From assembly GCA_963850305.1 (NCBI GenBank), contig CAWKKR010000001.1, forward strand, positions 864,001-928,000: a DNA stretch of 64,000 bases, given 5' to 3'. This document shows positions 1 to 10,253 of this stretch, piece after piece. The stretch's first letter is position 1; each line of letters opens with the position of its first letter. Both the position numbers and the translations under genes were made by a program. This DNA is from an uncultured delta proteobacterium. GTDB taxonomy: Bacteria > Myxococcota_A > Polyangia > Polyangiales > Polyangiaceae. A model generated the notes under the pieces. It saw only the letters and a program-made list of their open reading frames with translations. It made no database searches and was not told where the DNA came from.

Positions 1-1007
1 CGGCTACGAGCTTCGTCGCGTGGTACAATGGGCACCCGGATTTCCGCGAGTACCCGGTGAACCTCGACGTGGAGCGTGCGGCGATCGTCGGTATGGGTGA
101 CGTCGCGATGGATCTCACCCGCATGCTCCTCCAGCCGGTCGAGGAGCTCGCGAGGACGGACGTCGCGAACCATGCGCTCGACGTATTTCGTGGGAGCCGC
201 GTGCGCGAGGTGGTCCTCCTCGGACGCCGCGGACCGGCGCAGGCCGCGTTCGCCACCAAGGAACTCGAGGACATCGCGTGCCTGCCCGACGTCACGGTGT
301 CAATCGATGCGGCCCAGGTGCGGGCCGATCGAGAAGATGAAAACGCGCTCGATGGGCTGACGAAGCGGAAACTCGACTTCCTGTCGAAGCTGGCGGGGCG
401 ACCCTCGGAGCCGCGATCGAAGCAAGTGCGCTTCCGCTTTCTCGTGTCGCCGGTCGAGATCACCGCGGCGAACGGCCGCGTCTCGGGCATCGTCGTCGAG
501 CACAACGAGGTCGTTCGGGACGCGAGCGGGCGAGTCTCCGCGCGGGGCACGGGACAGCTCGAGGCGATTCCCGTCGGACTCGTCTTTCGCTCGGTCGGGT
601 ATCGTGGGGTTCCGATCGTGGGGCTGCCATTCGACGAGACCAAGGGCATCGTGCCGAATCGAGACGGCCGCGTCGTGCGGGACGGAACCCCCGTGCCGCA
701 CGTCTATGTTTCGGGCTGGATCAAGCGCGGCCCTTCGGGCGTCATCGGGACGAACAAGAGCGACGCGGCCGCGACGGTTCAGCGAATGGTCGAAGACGCG
801 CGTGGGGATGGGCGGGAATCGCGAAAGACCAGGGACGCTTTCGACGCGCTCCTTCGCGAACGTGGAATTCGCGTCGTCAGCTGGAAAGACTGGCAGACAC
901 TCGACCGGATCGAACGAGAGCGCGGAAAGTCCGCGGGCAAGGTCCGCGAGAAGCTCACGCTCCCGAGCGACGTCCGGGCGGCACTCGGCGACCACGGCTC
1001 TGGATAG
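1..1007 (+). CDS. Ferredoxin-NADP+ reductase (FprA/adrenodoxin reductase-like), 5'-truncated by the window edge
   Basis: Frame open from position 3 (ATSFVAWYNGHPD); motifs GxGxVAxD, GRRGP, FRSVGY, GWIKRGPSGVIGTN. Confidence 0.9.
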   Translation, partial: ATSFVAWYNGHPDFREYPVNLDVERAAIVGMGDVAMDLTRMLLQPVEELARTDVANHALDVFRGSRVREVVLLGRRGPAQAAFATKELEDIACLPDVTVSIDAAQVRADREDENALDGLTKRKLDFLSKLAGRPSEPRSKQVRFRFLVSPVEITAANGRVSGIVVEHNEVVRDASGRVSARGTGQLEAIPVGLVFRSVGYRGVPIVGLPFDETKGIVPNRDGRVVRDGTPVPHVYVSGWIKRGPSGVIGTNKSDAAATVQRMVEDARGDGRESRKTRDAFDALLRERGIRVVSWKDWQTLDRIERERGKSAGKVREKLTLPSDVRAALGDHGSG

Positions 1008-1061
1008 TCCGCGTCGTGGGCTCGCGAAATGCGTCCCGTTGGTGTTACGCTCGGCGAGACC

Positions 1062-2093
1062 ATGCGGAAGAAGACGAACCTCGGCATGATCGCGACGGCA
1101 GTGGCCCTCGCGATTGCCTCCGCGACACCGCGCGCCGAAGCGCAGACGAACGCTGACAAGGCGGCGGCCGAAGCGCTGTTCCAGGCGGGCCGCACCTTGA
1201 TGGACCAGGGGAAGTACGCGGACGCCTGCACGAAACTGGAGGCCAGTCAGCGGCTCGACTCCGGTCTCGGCACGCTCCTTTACCTGGCGGAATGCTACGA
1301 GAAGGCGGGGCGGCTGGCGAGCGCCTGGGCCAATTTCCGCGAGGCCGAGTCGATCGCCATGGGGCGCGGCGATCAAGGGCGAGCGACGATCGCACGACAG
1401 CGTTATTCCGCCATCGAACCGCGCCTCTCGAAGCTCTGGATCAAGGTCGCCGACGGCAACGACCCTGCAACTCAGGTCAAGCGTGACGGCGAGGACATTC
1501 CTCGTGCCTCGTGGGGGCTTGCGCTGCCGATCGACGCTGGCGATCACACTATCAACGCGATGGCGCCTGGGCGGAAACTGTGGTCGACCCAGATCGTCGT
1601 GGCGGGCGAAGGCGCCAACGTTCCGGTGGAGATTCCGGTTCTCGAGGTCGTGCCCGCCGCGGCACCGCCTCCAGCGCCGAGGGCTCCCACGCCAGCACCA
1701 GGTCCGTCTCCGAAGGACCACGCGCCGGGAGGCTCAGACGGCTTGAAACCGGTGGCTCTCGTCTTGGGGGGAGTCGGCGTCGCGGGGCTCGCGCTGGGCT
1801 CCTATTTTGGATTGCGCGCGAAGGCGAAGAACACGGACTCTCTGTCGGATTGCGAGAAGGGCAACACGAACCTTTGCACACAAGCGGGTGTCGATCTGCG
1901 AAACGAGGCGCTATCCTCCGCACGGACGAGCACGGCGTTCCTGATCGGGGGAGGCGCGCTGCTCGCGGGAGGCGTCGTGCTCTATCTGATCGCTCCTTCG
2001 TCGAAATCGTCGACGGGCTCGAGAGATGGTATCCGCATCGCGGCAAGTGGAGCGCCTGGCGGAGGCAACATCAGCGTCTTGGGAGCATTCTGA
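1062..2093 (+). CDS. Exported TPR/PEGA-like protein with C-terminal membrane helices (myxobacterial type)
   Basis: Signal peptide (AEA|Q), TPR-like helices (ALFQAG...YADAC..LEAS, LLYLAECYEKAG), PEGA-like beta segment, Pro-rich linker, two hydrophobic helices; start could be 1029. Confidence 0.7.
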   Translation: MRKKTNLGMIATAVALAIASATPRAEAQTNADKAAAEALFQAGRTLMDQGKYADACTKLEASQRLDSGLGTLLYLAECYEKAGRLASAWANFREAESIAMGRGDQGRATIARQRYSAIEPRLSKLWIKVADGNDPATQVKRDGEDIPRASWGLALPIDAGDHTINAMAPGRKLWSTQIVVAGEGANVPVEIPVLEVVPAAAPPPAPRAPTPAPGPSPKDHAPGGSDGLKPVALVLGGVGVAGLALGSYFGLRAKAKNTDSLSDCEKGNTNLCTQAGVDLRNEALSSARTSTAFLIGGGALLAGGVVLYLIAPSSKSSTGSRDGIRIAASGAPGGGNISVLGAF

Positions 2094-2749
2094 TGCAAAG
2101 CGGCAAAATTGTCTCGATCTGCCTGGCGCTCCTCGTCACGGCGTCCTGCGCCGACGTGCTTGGCATCGACGAGGCGACGCTCGAGGCGAGCACTGGCGGC
2201 GGCACGGGCTCGGGAGGTGCCGGCGGCGCGGCAGCGGATGGCGGCACCTTTCCACCCGGGCTCTGCGGAGAGTATTGCGCATCCGTTCTGAAGAACTGCA
2301 CCGAAGCCAACGAGCTCTACACGTCGCCACAGATCTGTCTCGACGTCTGTAAGCTGCTCCCCGCGGGAACCAAGGACGACACGAGCGGTAACACCGTCGG
2401 GTGCCGGCTCCATTACTCCGAAGAAATCCCGGTCGTGGGCGAGCGGGAAACCAACTGTCCGGCGGCCGGGCCTGGCGGCAACGGTGTATGCGGCACGGAC
2501 TGCGAAGGATTTTGCTCGATCGCCATGGGCGCCTGCACGGGCACGAACGTCCAATATTCGAGCGCCGCGGACTGCGCAACCGGATGCGCGACGGTTCCCG
2601 ACCCGGGTGGCTACAACGACTCCGTGCCGAATCAGACTGGTAATTCAGTGCAGTGCCGCCTCTATCACGCGAGCGCGGCGTCCTTCGATCCCAAGTTTCA
2701 CTGCCCGCACACCAACATCAACGTTGCTGGACCCTGTTCCGCCCCGTAG
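2093..2749 (+). CDS. Cys-rich lipoprotein with an internally duplicated domain
   Basis: TGATG overlap with upstream gene; lipobox VTAS-C; two copies of C..(Y/F)C...C...Y.S...C...C...GN(T/S)V.CRL. Confidence 0.75.
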   Translation: MQSGKIVSICLALLVTASCADVLGIDEATLEASTGGGTGSGGAGGAAADGGTFPPGLCGEYCASVLKNCTEANELYTSPQICLDVCKLLPAGTKDDTSGNTVGCRLHYSEEIPVVGERETNCPAAGPGGNGVCGTDCEGFCSIAMGACTGTNVQYSSAADCATGCATVPDPGGYNDSVPNQTGNSVQCRLYHASAASFDPKFHCPHTNINVAGPCSAP

Positions 2750-2755
2750 AGCGAG

Positions 2756-3751
2756 TTGGCAAAGACACGCATCTTCGCAATCGCGGCGCTGGTGGCGAGC
2801 TCTCTTTTCGAGCTCGATGGACAGGCGGCGCAGACGTTGAGGATCGGGACGATCGCGCCCCGCGGGTCGACGTGGGGCAAGGCGTTGGCGGCGTGGGAGA
2901 GAGTCGTTGCTGAAAAGACCCACGACGAGATTTCGCTGACCGTCTATTACAATGCCGTCCAGGGGGACGAGCAGACGATGGTGTCGAAGATGCGCACGGG
3001 CGAGCTCGACGGCGCCACTCTCAGCGCGATCGGTCTGTCACTCGTGTACCGCGACGTGATGGTATTGCAGCTCCCGGGCGTGACGAACTCCTGGTCCCTC
3101 GTCGATCTGGTGAGAAACGCGGTCAAGGATCCGATCGAAGCCGGCTTTAGAGCCGCGGGCTTCGATCTCGTGGGCTGGGGTGACATCGGCCTCGTTTATC
3201 AGATGAGCAAGGGCGTCGCGATAAGGCGCCCGGCGGACCTCCGCGGCCGTCGCCCCGTCGTCTGGCGCAATGAACCGATGGCCCCGCTGCTCTTTTCGCT
3301 CGTGGGCCAGGTCGTCCCGATCCCCCTCGATCCGATGGAGATTCTGCCGGCCCTTCGAGCGGGCACGATCGACGTCGTGGCCGCCCCGGCGCTAGCCGCG
3401 GAACAGCTCCAGTGGACCCCGTATCTCGATCACATCAACGATCAGATCGTGGTGGGCGCCGTGGGAGGGACCTTGATTCGCAGTTCGCGACTCGAAGCGA
3501 TTCCGGCCGACACGCGAGACATGCTCACCGAGCTCGAGAGACGCGTCGAGAGCGTGGAGAGTCAGAGGATCCGGCAGCTCGACGGAGAAGCTCGTGATCG
3601 ACTCATGCAGCGCATGACGGTCGTCCACTCCAGCGACGACGACAAGGTGGAGTGGTACAGGATCTTCCTGAAGGCGGTGAAGCAGATGCGCCACGGGCTC
3701 TTCTCTTCGAGTCTGATCGACGACGTCCTCGCGATCACCGGAAAAGGCTGA
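2756..3751 (+). CDS. TRAP-type substrate-binding protein (DctP/TatP-like)
   Basis: Signal peptide then LRIGTIAPRGSTW; GDE..MV.KMR.G.LDG; EILPALRAG.ID. Confidence 0.8.
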   Translation: MAKTRIFAIAALVASSLFELDGQAAQTLRIGTIAPRGSTWGKALAAWERVVAEKTHDEISLTVYYNAVQGDEQTMVSKMRTGELDGATLSAIGLSLVYRDVMVLQLPGVTNSWSLVDLVRNAVKDPIEAGFRAAGFDLVGWGDIGLVYQMSKGVAIRRPADLRGRRPVVWRNEPMAPLLFSLVGQVVPIPLDPMEILPALRAGTIDVVAAPALAAEQLQWTPYLDHINDQIVVGAVGGTLIRSSRLEAIPADTRDMLTELERRVESVESQRIRQLDGEARDRLMQRMTVVHSSDDDKVEWYRIFLKAVKQMRHGLFSSSLIDDVLAITGKG

Positions 3752-4014
3752 CGCGTCGGAGCGTCTGCCTCTCCAACGCGTCGTGCCGGAAGAATGATCC
3801 CGACCTGCTCCGGAACGATTTGCGGCCGGTTGGATTGGTGGAGCAGGCCGGGGTTGATGGTGAGTCGCACCAGGACCTCGACGTGATGAAAGGTGAGACG
3901 AGAAAATCCGAAGTCCGTCCTCAACGTCAGAATCCGCTGCAGGCGAAGTGAACGTGGCGACTCCCGTTCGACCACGGGACGACGCTGCGCGGTCCCGGGA
4001 TATAGTCCGAGGCA

Positions 4015-5943
4015 GTGCCTGAATCTTCGAATCCGCGCTTTCCGCTGGCTTTGAGCTCGGAACTGCTCGACGCCCTGCTCGCGACCGCGGACCTTGGCGG
4101 CGTCGGCATTTCGGTGGTCGCCATCGACGTTGATCCGCCCCAATGCCTGTTCGTGAACAAAGGGATCGCGGAAGTTCTCCACTACAGCATCCCCGAGCTG
4201 CTCGCGAAGCCGATCTGGGAGCTCATCGCGCCCAACGTCCGACCGGACGTCCTGAACCGGTACAAGGACCGGTTCTCCCGCCCACCACGAAGGGATCTCC
4301 TGGAGGTCTGGCTGCTCCGCAAGGATGGTGTGGCCATCCCATTTCAAACGACCACGTGCCGCGTCACGGTCGGCGGGCGCCCAGCGAACGCGACTTTCCT
4401 GGTCGACGTGTCGGAGCGAGTCGAATCCGCGGCGGCGCTCGCCGCTTCGGAGGGCCGGTTTCGCACCGCCGTCGAGTCCGCGCCGGACGGCGTGGTCATC
4501 TTGCGCGGGCCGAACATCCTCTATGCGAACTCCCGAGCTGCAACGCTACTCGCCAACGGAGACGTCAGCGGCATACTCGGTCACTCCGTGCTGGACTATC
4601 TGCAGCCCGAAGACGCGTTGCGAGCTCACGCGCGGATCATGGCGCTATTCAGGTCCGGGCAGCGCCACTCGGAGCCTGCGGAGTATCGCACGCGATCGTC
4701 GAACGGGCCCGTGAACGCCGTCGAGATTTCCTCGGTGCCCATCGAGTTCGAGGGCGCACCCGCTGTGCTCGCGTTCGCGCGCGACGTCACCGAACGGCGC
4801 GCCATGCACGAGAAGATGGTGCAGGCAGATCGACTGGCGGCAGTCGGAACGCTCGCCGCGGGCATCGCCCACGAGATCAACAACCCGCTCGCTTACGTTC
4901 TCCTCGGACTCCAGTATCTGCAGCGCGAGCTGCCGTCCGTCGCACATGATCCGAGCCGGCTTCCGGAGGCGCTGGCGCGACTCGGCGAGGTGCGCAACGG
5001 CGCCGAGCGGGTGGGAACCATCGTACGCGACCTGAAGACGTTCGCCAGAGCCGACGAGGTGGCGCGCGGCCCGGTCGACGTGGAGTCGGTAGTCGAGGCC
5101 GCACTGAAGATAGCCGACCACGAGATCCGGCACCGGGCGAGGTTGCTGCGAGATTACGCGCCGGTCCCACCGGTCGACGCGAACGCCGCCCGCCTCGAGC
5201 AGGTCTTTCTGAACCTGCTCGTCAACGCCGCGCACGCGGTGTCGGATGGCGACCCGGAGTCGAACGCGGTCACCTTGTCAATCCGGCCCGGAAGAGGCGC
5301 CACGGTGACGGTCGAGGTGACGGACAATGGTAGCGGCATCGCCGCCGACGTCCTCCACAGGGTCTTCGATCCGTTCTTCACCACGAAGCCCATCGGGGTG
5401 GGGACGGGGCTCGGGTTACCGATCTGCCGGAGCATCGTCGAGTCCTTCGGCGGCGAGATCGAGCTCGAGAGCGAACCCGGAACGCTGACGACCGCGCGCG
5501 TGACGCTGCCCGCGCATACGAAGGAGTTACCCAGGCTTGCTCCGAAGGCGCCGCCAGCTTCGTCGAGACCGGCGTCCTCGCGCACACGAATCCTGGTGAT
5601 CGATGATGAACCTCTCGTTGCAGAGCTGCTCCGCAGGTTACTCGCCGCCGAGCACGATGTGGTCGTCGCGACGAGCGGCCGCGAAGCCCTGACGACCCTC
5701 GAAACCAGTCCCTTCGACGCGATCGTATGCGACGTGATGATGCCGGGAATGACCGGCATGGAGCTTTATGCTGCCCTCAGTTCCAAGAACGAGGAACTTG
5801 CGAAAAGCATCGTGTTCATGACCGGTGGCGCCTTCGTGCCGCGCGTCGCCGAGTTTTTGTCCGCAATCGACAACCCCAAGATCGAAAAGCCATTCGACTT
5901 GGGCCAGTTGACCGCCGCTTTGAGGCGGGCCCGGGAGAGGTGA
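4015..5943 (+). CDS. Hybrid sensor histidine kinase (2 PAS-HisKA-HATPase-REC)
   Basis: AHEINNPL H-box, QVFLNLLVNA, DNGSGI, FFTTK..GTGLGL, receiver ILVIDDE...CDVMMP...KPF. Confidence 0.92.
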   Translation: MPESSNPRFPLALSSELLDALLATADLGGVGISVVAIDVDPPQCLFVNKGIAEVLHYSIPELLAKPIWELIAPNVRPDVLNRYKDRFSRPPRRDLLEVWLLRKDGVAIPFQTTTCRVTVGGRPANATFLVDVSERVESAAALAASEGRFRTAVESAPDGVVILRGPNILYANSRAATLLANGDVSGILGHSVLDYLQPEDALRAHARIMALFRSGQRHSEPAEYRTRSSNGPVNAVEISSVPIEFEGAPAVLAFARDVTERRAMHEKMVQADRLAAVGTLAAGIAHEINNPLAYVLLGLQYLQRELPSVAHDPSRLPEALARLGEVRNGAERVGTIVRDLKTFARADEVARGPVDVESVVEAALKIADHEIRHRARLLRDYAPVPPVDANAARLEQVFLNLLVNAAHAVSDGDPESNAVTLSIRPGRGATVTVEVTDNGSGIAADVLHRVFDPFFTTKPIGVGTGLGLPICRSIVESFGGEIELESEPGTLTTARVTLPAHTKELPRLAPKAPPASSRPASSRTRILVIDDEPLVAELLRRLLAAEHDVVVATSGREALTTLETSPFDAIVCDVMMPGMTGMELYAALSSKNEELAKSIVFMTGGAFVPRVAEFLSAIDNPKIEKPFDLGQLTAALRRARER

Positions 5944-6165
5944 GCAACCATCGCTTGCCGTCGCCGGGAGTGTCGATGGGAATGGCGCCGCGCGTCGTGA
6001 ATAGCCGGCGCGACGCGGCTACCGAGGCCGGCGAGGAGGCGGAGACCGACGACGAGGCTCGCAAGGCCGGCAACCGAGCGAATAACACTTGTGGCTCGGA
6101 TGCGTCCCGCGACACAATGGAAACTAGCGGCGTCGGAAGCTCCGCTCATCGGCCTGGGAGCTGAG

Positions 6166-8409
6166 GTGAGATTGAAGTTCGTCTGGCTTTGGCTCTGTCC
6201 CCTGCTGCTGCCGCTGGCGTGTACCAGGCCTCAGGCTGGCGCTCATCGGCCGCCCCTTTCGACGGTATACGCCGGCGGAGTGACGGACGGCGGAGCCACG
6301 GCGCGAACGTGTGGCGACGTCGTCTGCGATCCCAACGCCACCTGTAACGGGTCCGAGGATGCGGCGCGATGCACGTGCGCGCCAGGCTTCTCGGGTGACG
6401 GAACGAAATGCACGGATATCGACGAGTGCGCGACCCCTTCGCAGAACGATTGCGACCCAAACGCCAACTGTACCAATGAACCTGGCCGCTATCTCTGCGT
6501 GTGCAAGACCGGCTTCCTCGGCGACGGCAAGACGTGCACTGGAGTCAACGAGTGCCAAGGCACGACCAATACCTGTGATCCCAACGCCATCTGCATCGAC
6601 TCGAACCCCGGATTTTCCTGCCAGTGCAAGCCCGGCTTCACTGGCGATGGATTCGGCTGCGCCGACATCGACGAGTGCGGCACGCCTTCGCTCTACTCGT
6701 GCCCCGCGAACGCCCACTGCGTGAACACTTTCGGGGGCTACACCTGCGCGTGCGATCCCGGATTTTCTGGCGACGGCACGGTCCTCTGCAAGAGCTTGTG
6801 TGACGCAGCGGAGACAGACCGGACGGTCTGCTCCGACGAAGGGCTCTGTCGCATCGAAGGACACAGCGGCGTGTGCGACGCATGCGCTCCCGGGACGACG
6901 GGCGATGGCAAGACGTGCGCGCCGTCGAACTGCGCCGCCCAGTGCGACGGAGTCGGCACGGACGACACGCCGCACACGGTTTGCGCGGCGAACGGGAGCT
7001 GCGCTTGCGCCCCGGGTTACCAGGGCACCCCTGGAAACTGTAGCGACGTGAACGAGTGCGCGACCGACAACGGGGGTTGCGGCATGGAAGGCGCGTGCAC
7101 GAACCTGGACGGGGGTTATGCGTGCGGATGCAAACCGGGGTACGCGCCGGATGCGAATGGCGCCTGCGCCGACATCGACGAGTGCGCGGCGACTCCAGGG
7201 CCGTGTCATCCCGACGCAACGTGCACTAACACGACACCGGATGCGTCCGGCGTCGGGTACACGTGCCAGTGCAAGCCAGGCTTCGAGGGTGACGGCACGG
7301 TCTGCGAAGACATCGACGAGTGCGCAACGAACAGGGGGGGCTGCGCAACCAATGCGACGTGCGTCAACGAGCCCGGCAGCTTCTCCTGCGAGTGCCAGGC
7401 GCCGCTGGTCGGTGATCCACAGAACTGCCACTGCGATCTCGGCGGCTTCTGGGCGATGCGCCAGGATCTCTCGACGTGCTGGAAGGGACGGCCGGTCGTG
7501 GAAGGAACGGACCAGGATCTGATCTCCCCAGGCAGCCTGGAGGCCACGGATTGGGAGCTCTACGACATCACGTACGATGGCTCCCAGATGATGGTGCGTC
7601 GCCAGGGTTGCGGCACGGACAAGACACCGGACCTCATCAGCCCCCTTTTTCGCGAGACGTACTCGTCCTACGTGCCCTTCGCGACGTTCGACGAGATCGG
7701 CCTGCCGAACGTCGGAGACACGTATTCGCTGGGCGGCCTGGTGCCGGGAAGCTCGTTCACGACGCCGAGCGCGGCAGCCGTCGTCGGCATCGATCTCGGC
7801 GCAGACCCCCTGAACGCTCCGTGGCCCGCACCCGGCGAGGTTGCCGACAGCCAGTGGCTGGATCCCGATGGGGATGGAGAGCCAGGTTTGACGTTCTGGC
7901 CGCGGGTGCCGAGCGAAGTCACGCAAACGGGGACTGAACATTACAGCTATCTGCCGACACAGCCCGCGATCGGAGGAAACTCGTTCTACGTGAACAAGCG
8001 GGCCGGATGCGTGAGCGTCGCGCTCCGCGTCGTTACGCATCTCGAGGCGCAGGTTCAGAGTTGCACGGAGATCGTAGGTACGGTCGTCAACGAGAAGAGC
8101 GAGGGGCGCGTCCACAGCTGTTCGGTCGTCGATAAGGGCACGTGTGACCCCAACAATCCCGAAAGCTGTTCCGGCTGGTCGAAGGACATCACGTGCAACG
8201 CGAGTGACTGGAGCGCGGCCACCCGCTGCACGGACGACGACGTCAGCGTCCTGGATGACGATCAGAATCAGGCGGCCAACAGTGTGGCCACTTTCGATCT
8301 CGTTCGGCTCGGCGACCCCGGCTCCGCGAAGACTTGTAATGACGTCCGCACCGCGCTCCCGGCGATCGTGCACGCGACGCCGGAAATTGCCTGCACCACG
8401 CCGCAATGA
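6166..8409 (+). CDS. Lipoprotein with calcium-binding EGF-like repeats and an unnamed C-terminal domain
   Basis: GTG after GGGAG; lipobox PLA-C; six (D/G)(I/V)(D/N)EC...C.N....(Y/F).C.C..G(F/Y) units. Confidence 0.85.
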   Translation: MRLKFVWLWLCPLLLPLACTRPQAGAHRPPLSTVYAGGVTDGGATARTCGDVVCDPNATCNGSEDAARCTCAPGFSGDGTKCTDIDECATPSQNDCDPNANCTNEPGRYLCVCKTGFLGDGKTCTGVNECQGTTNTCDPNAICIDSNPGFSCQCKPGFTGDGFGCADIDECGTPSLYSCPANAHCVNTFGGYTCACDPGFSGDGTVLCKSLCDAAETDRTVCSDEGLCRIEGHSGVCDACAPGTTGDGKTCAPSNCAAQCDGVGTDDTPHTVCAANGSCACAPGYQGTPGNCSDVNECATDNGGCGMEGACTNLDGGYACGCKPGYAPDANGACADIDECAATPGPCHPDATCTNTTPDASGVGYTCQCKPGFEGDGTVCEDIDECATNRGGCATNATCVNEPGSFSCECQAPLVGDPQNCHCDLGGFWAMRQDLSTCWKGRPVVEGTDQDLISPGSLEATDWELYDITYDGSQMMVRRQGCGTDKTPDLISPLFRETYSSYVPFATFDEIGLPNVGDTYSLGGLVPGSSFTTPSAAAVVGIDLGADPLNAPWPAPGEVADSQWLDPDGDGEPGLTFWPRVPSEVTQTGTEHYSYLPTQPAIGGNSFYVNKRAGCVSVALRVVTHLEAQVQSCTEIVGTVVNEKSEGRVHSCSVVDKGTCDPNNPESCSGWSKDITCNASDWSAATRCTDDDVSVLDDDQNQAANSVATFDLVRLGDPGSAKTCNDVRTALPAIVHATPEIACTTPQ

Positions 8410-10139
8410 AGCGACGAGATCTCATGCGCCCCTCAATCTGGCTCGGTACGCTATTCGTTTGTTCAATCCCCGCCGTAGCTAGGGCAAACGGCCTCGATCT
8501 AATGCCGGGGGGCAACCAATCCGTCGCGCGTGGAGGAGCCGTCGCGGCGCGCGCGGAGGACCCGATGGTTCTCCTCAACGACCCGGCGGGACTTGCTTAC
8601 CTGCACGGCAACCAGATCCTCTTCGACGTGAACGTGGAATATCATTCGATGTGCGTGAAGCCGTATGGATACTATGGCTGGGGCGCCTACGGGAACGCGA
8701 GTTCGGAGTTCGGCGACCCCCTGAAGGTCGATAACCCGACACACCCGACCATCGGCGCAACCTACGCGACCACTCCGCTCCCACAGGTGTGCAACTCCGC
8801 CCCGGAGACGCCGGTTCCGCAGCTTGCCTGGGCGGGGCGTATCACCAAGCGGCTAGCGATCGGCTTCGGTCAGCTGGCACCGGTCGTCGTCGGAGGGCTC
8901 CAGTATGGCGGCGCCGATGGCACCATCCAGACTCCCTACGGCCCGCGCCCGACGCCTACGCGGTATAGCCTCGTGAAGCAGGACGCGACCTTCGCGCTGT
9001 CGCCGGTGATCGGCGCGGCGTATCGGTTTCTCGATCAATTGAGCGCCGGGCTCTCATTGCAAATCCTAATGGTGAAGGCCGAGGCGACAGAAGTGCAAAA
9101 CGAGGTCAGCGGAACCCAGCCATCGACGGACTGGCTCGCACACCTGACGGCCCAGGACTACTTCATTCCGTCGGTTACGTTCTCGGTCCATGCCAAGCCG
9201 ATCCGCGCCCTGGACCTCGTCGCGACGTTTCATTACACGGACAATTTCCGCGGGTCAGGGCAGGTCACCTACGAGACCAACACCTTTCATCGTGGAGCAA
9301 CCTCGGGGCCCGTTCCGTACGTCAACGCGCCGATCGCGCTCGACCAGGTGACCGTCGGCCAGCCGTGGCAACTGACGACCGCGATCAGATACGCCGGAAT
9401 GTTGCCCGGCGATCCTCCGGCGCCCAGCGCCGACCGACCCGCTGCCGGTGACCCCATGGACACGGAGTTATGGGATGCAGAGGTCGATGTTGGCTACACG
9501 TTGAATGGGCTAGCGCGAGACTCCGTCAACGTCGGTCACGACGTGACGGTGAAGACGGAGACCGCGAACGGGACGATCGGCAGCGTGACGACTTCGGGCC
9601 TCCCGGAATTCCAGATCGATCCGCACGGCGAGACGTCGTATTCCATTCGCGTCGGCGGTAGCTACTCCATCGTTCCCAGGACGGCCGCGATTCACGCGGG
9701 ATGTTTCTATGAAAGCCGCGGCGTTCAGCCCGCGTACGCCGACATCGACACTTTCGCTTTTCAACGGATCGGCGTCGGCCTCGGCTTCGTCGTCCGGCTT
9801 GGCAAGGTAGATTTACGGGGCGGCTATTCGCACATTTTTTCCGAAACGTTGGACGTCGCGCCTCCACCGAACCAGCCCGTTGAAGATGCCCAGGCGGGCA
9901 ATCCGCAGAGCGGCTTCGACGAACGCGTGGGGGGCACGTTCGGGCAAGACGGAACGCGACGCGGCGGGGTGGTCCTGACGGATCCATCCGCGCCGTCGCC
10001 TTCCAATGCCGACGCAACGGCGGCGAAGACCCAGGCCTCGGCGATCGCGACGGCGTCGCGCCCCGACCGAGTCATCAATGCCGGCAAATACACCGCGGCC
10101 TTCAACGTGGTCTCCGTTGGCATCGCCTACCACTTTTGA
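8406..10139 (+). CDS. FadL/OmpP1/TodX-like outer-membrane beta-barrel
   Basis: ATGA overlap; signal peptide; N-terminal RGGAVAARAEDP...NDPAGL plug-like motif; amphipathic beta-strands; C-terminal YHF. Confidence 0.75.
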   Translation: MKRRDLMRPSIWLGTLFVCSIPAVARANGLDLMPGGNQSVARGGAVAARAEDPMVLLNDPAGLAYLHGNQILFDVNVEYHSMCVKPYGYYGWGAYGNASSEFGDPLKVDNPTHPTIGATYATTPLPQVCNSAPETPVPQLAWAGRITKRLAIGFGQLAPVVVGGLQYGGADGTIQTPYGPRPTPTRYSLVKQDATFALSPVIGAAYRFLDQLSAGLSLQILMVKAEATEVQNEVSGTQPSTDWLAHLTAQDYFIPSVTFSVHAKPIRALDLVATFHYTDNFRGSGQVTYETNTFHRGATSGPVPYVNAPIALDQVTVGQPWQLTTAIRYAGMLPGDPPAPSADRPAAGDPMDTELWDAEVDVGYTLNGLARDSVNVGHDVTVKTETANGTIGSVTTSGLPEFQIDPHGETSYSIRVGGSYSIVPRTAAIHAGCFYESRGVQPAYADIDTFAFQRIGVGLGFVVRLGKVDLRGGYSHIFSETLDVAPPPNQPVEDAQAGNPQSGFDERVGGTFGQDGTRRGGVVLTDPSAPSPSNADATAAKTQASAIATASRPDRVINAGKYTAAFNVVSVGIAYHF

Positions 10140-10253
10140 GTACACGGGGGACGCTCTCGCATCGGATTGACCTAGGTAGACGTTGAAACAGACGCAAATT
10201 GAGTCCATTCTCACAATGGGCAGGCGCGTCCCGGTCTTCGGAGATGTGATTTC

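Noticed and set aside
6124..8406. Long antisense ORFs here and at 54147-55994, 57513-59612, 22597-23964
   Set aside because: Shadow frames typical of high-GC coding DNA, with no motifs.
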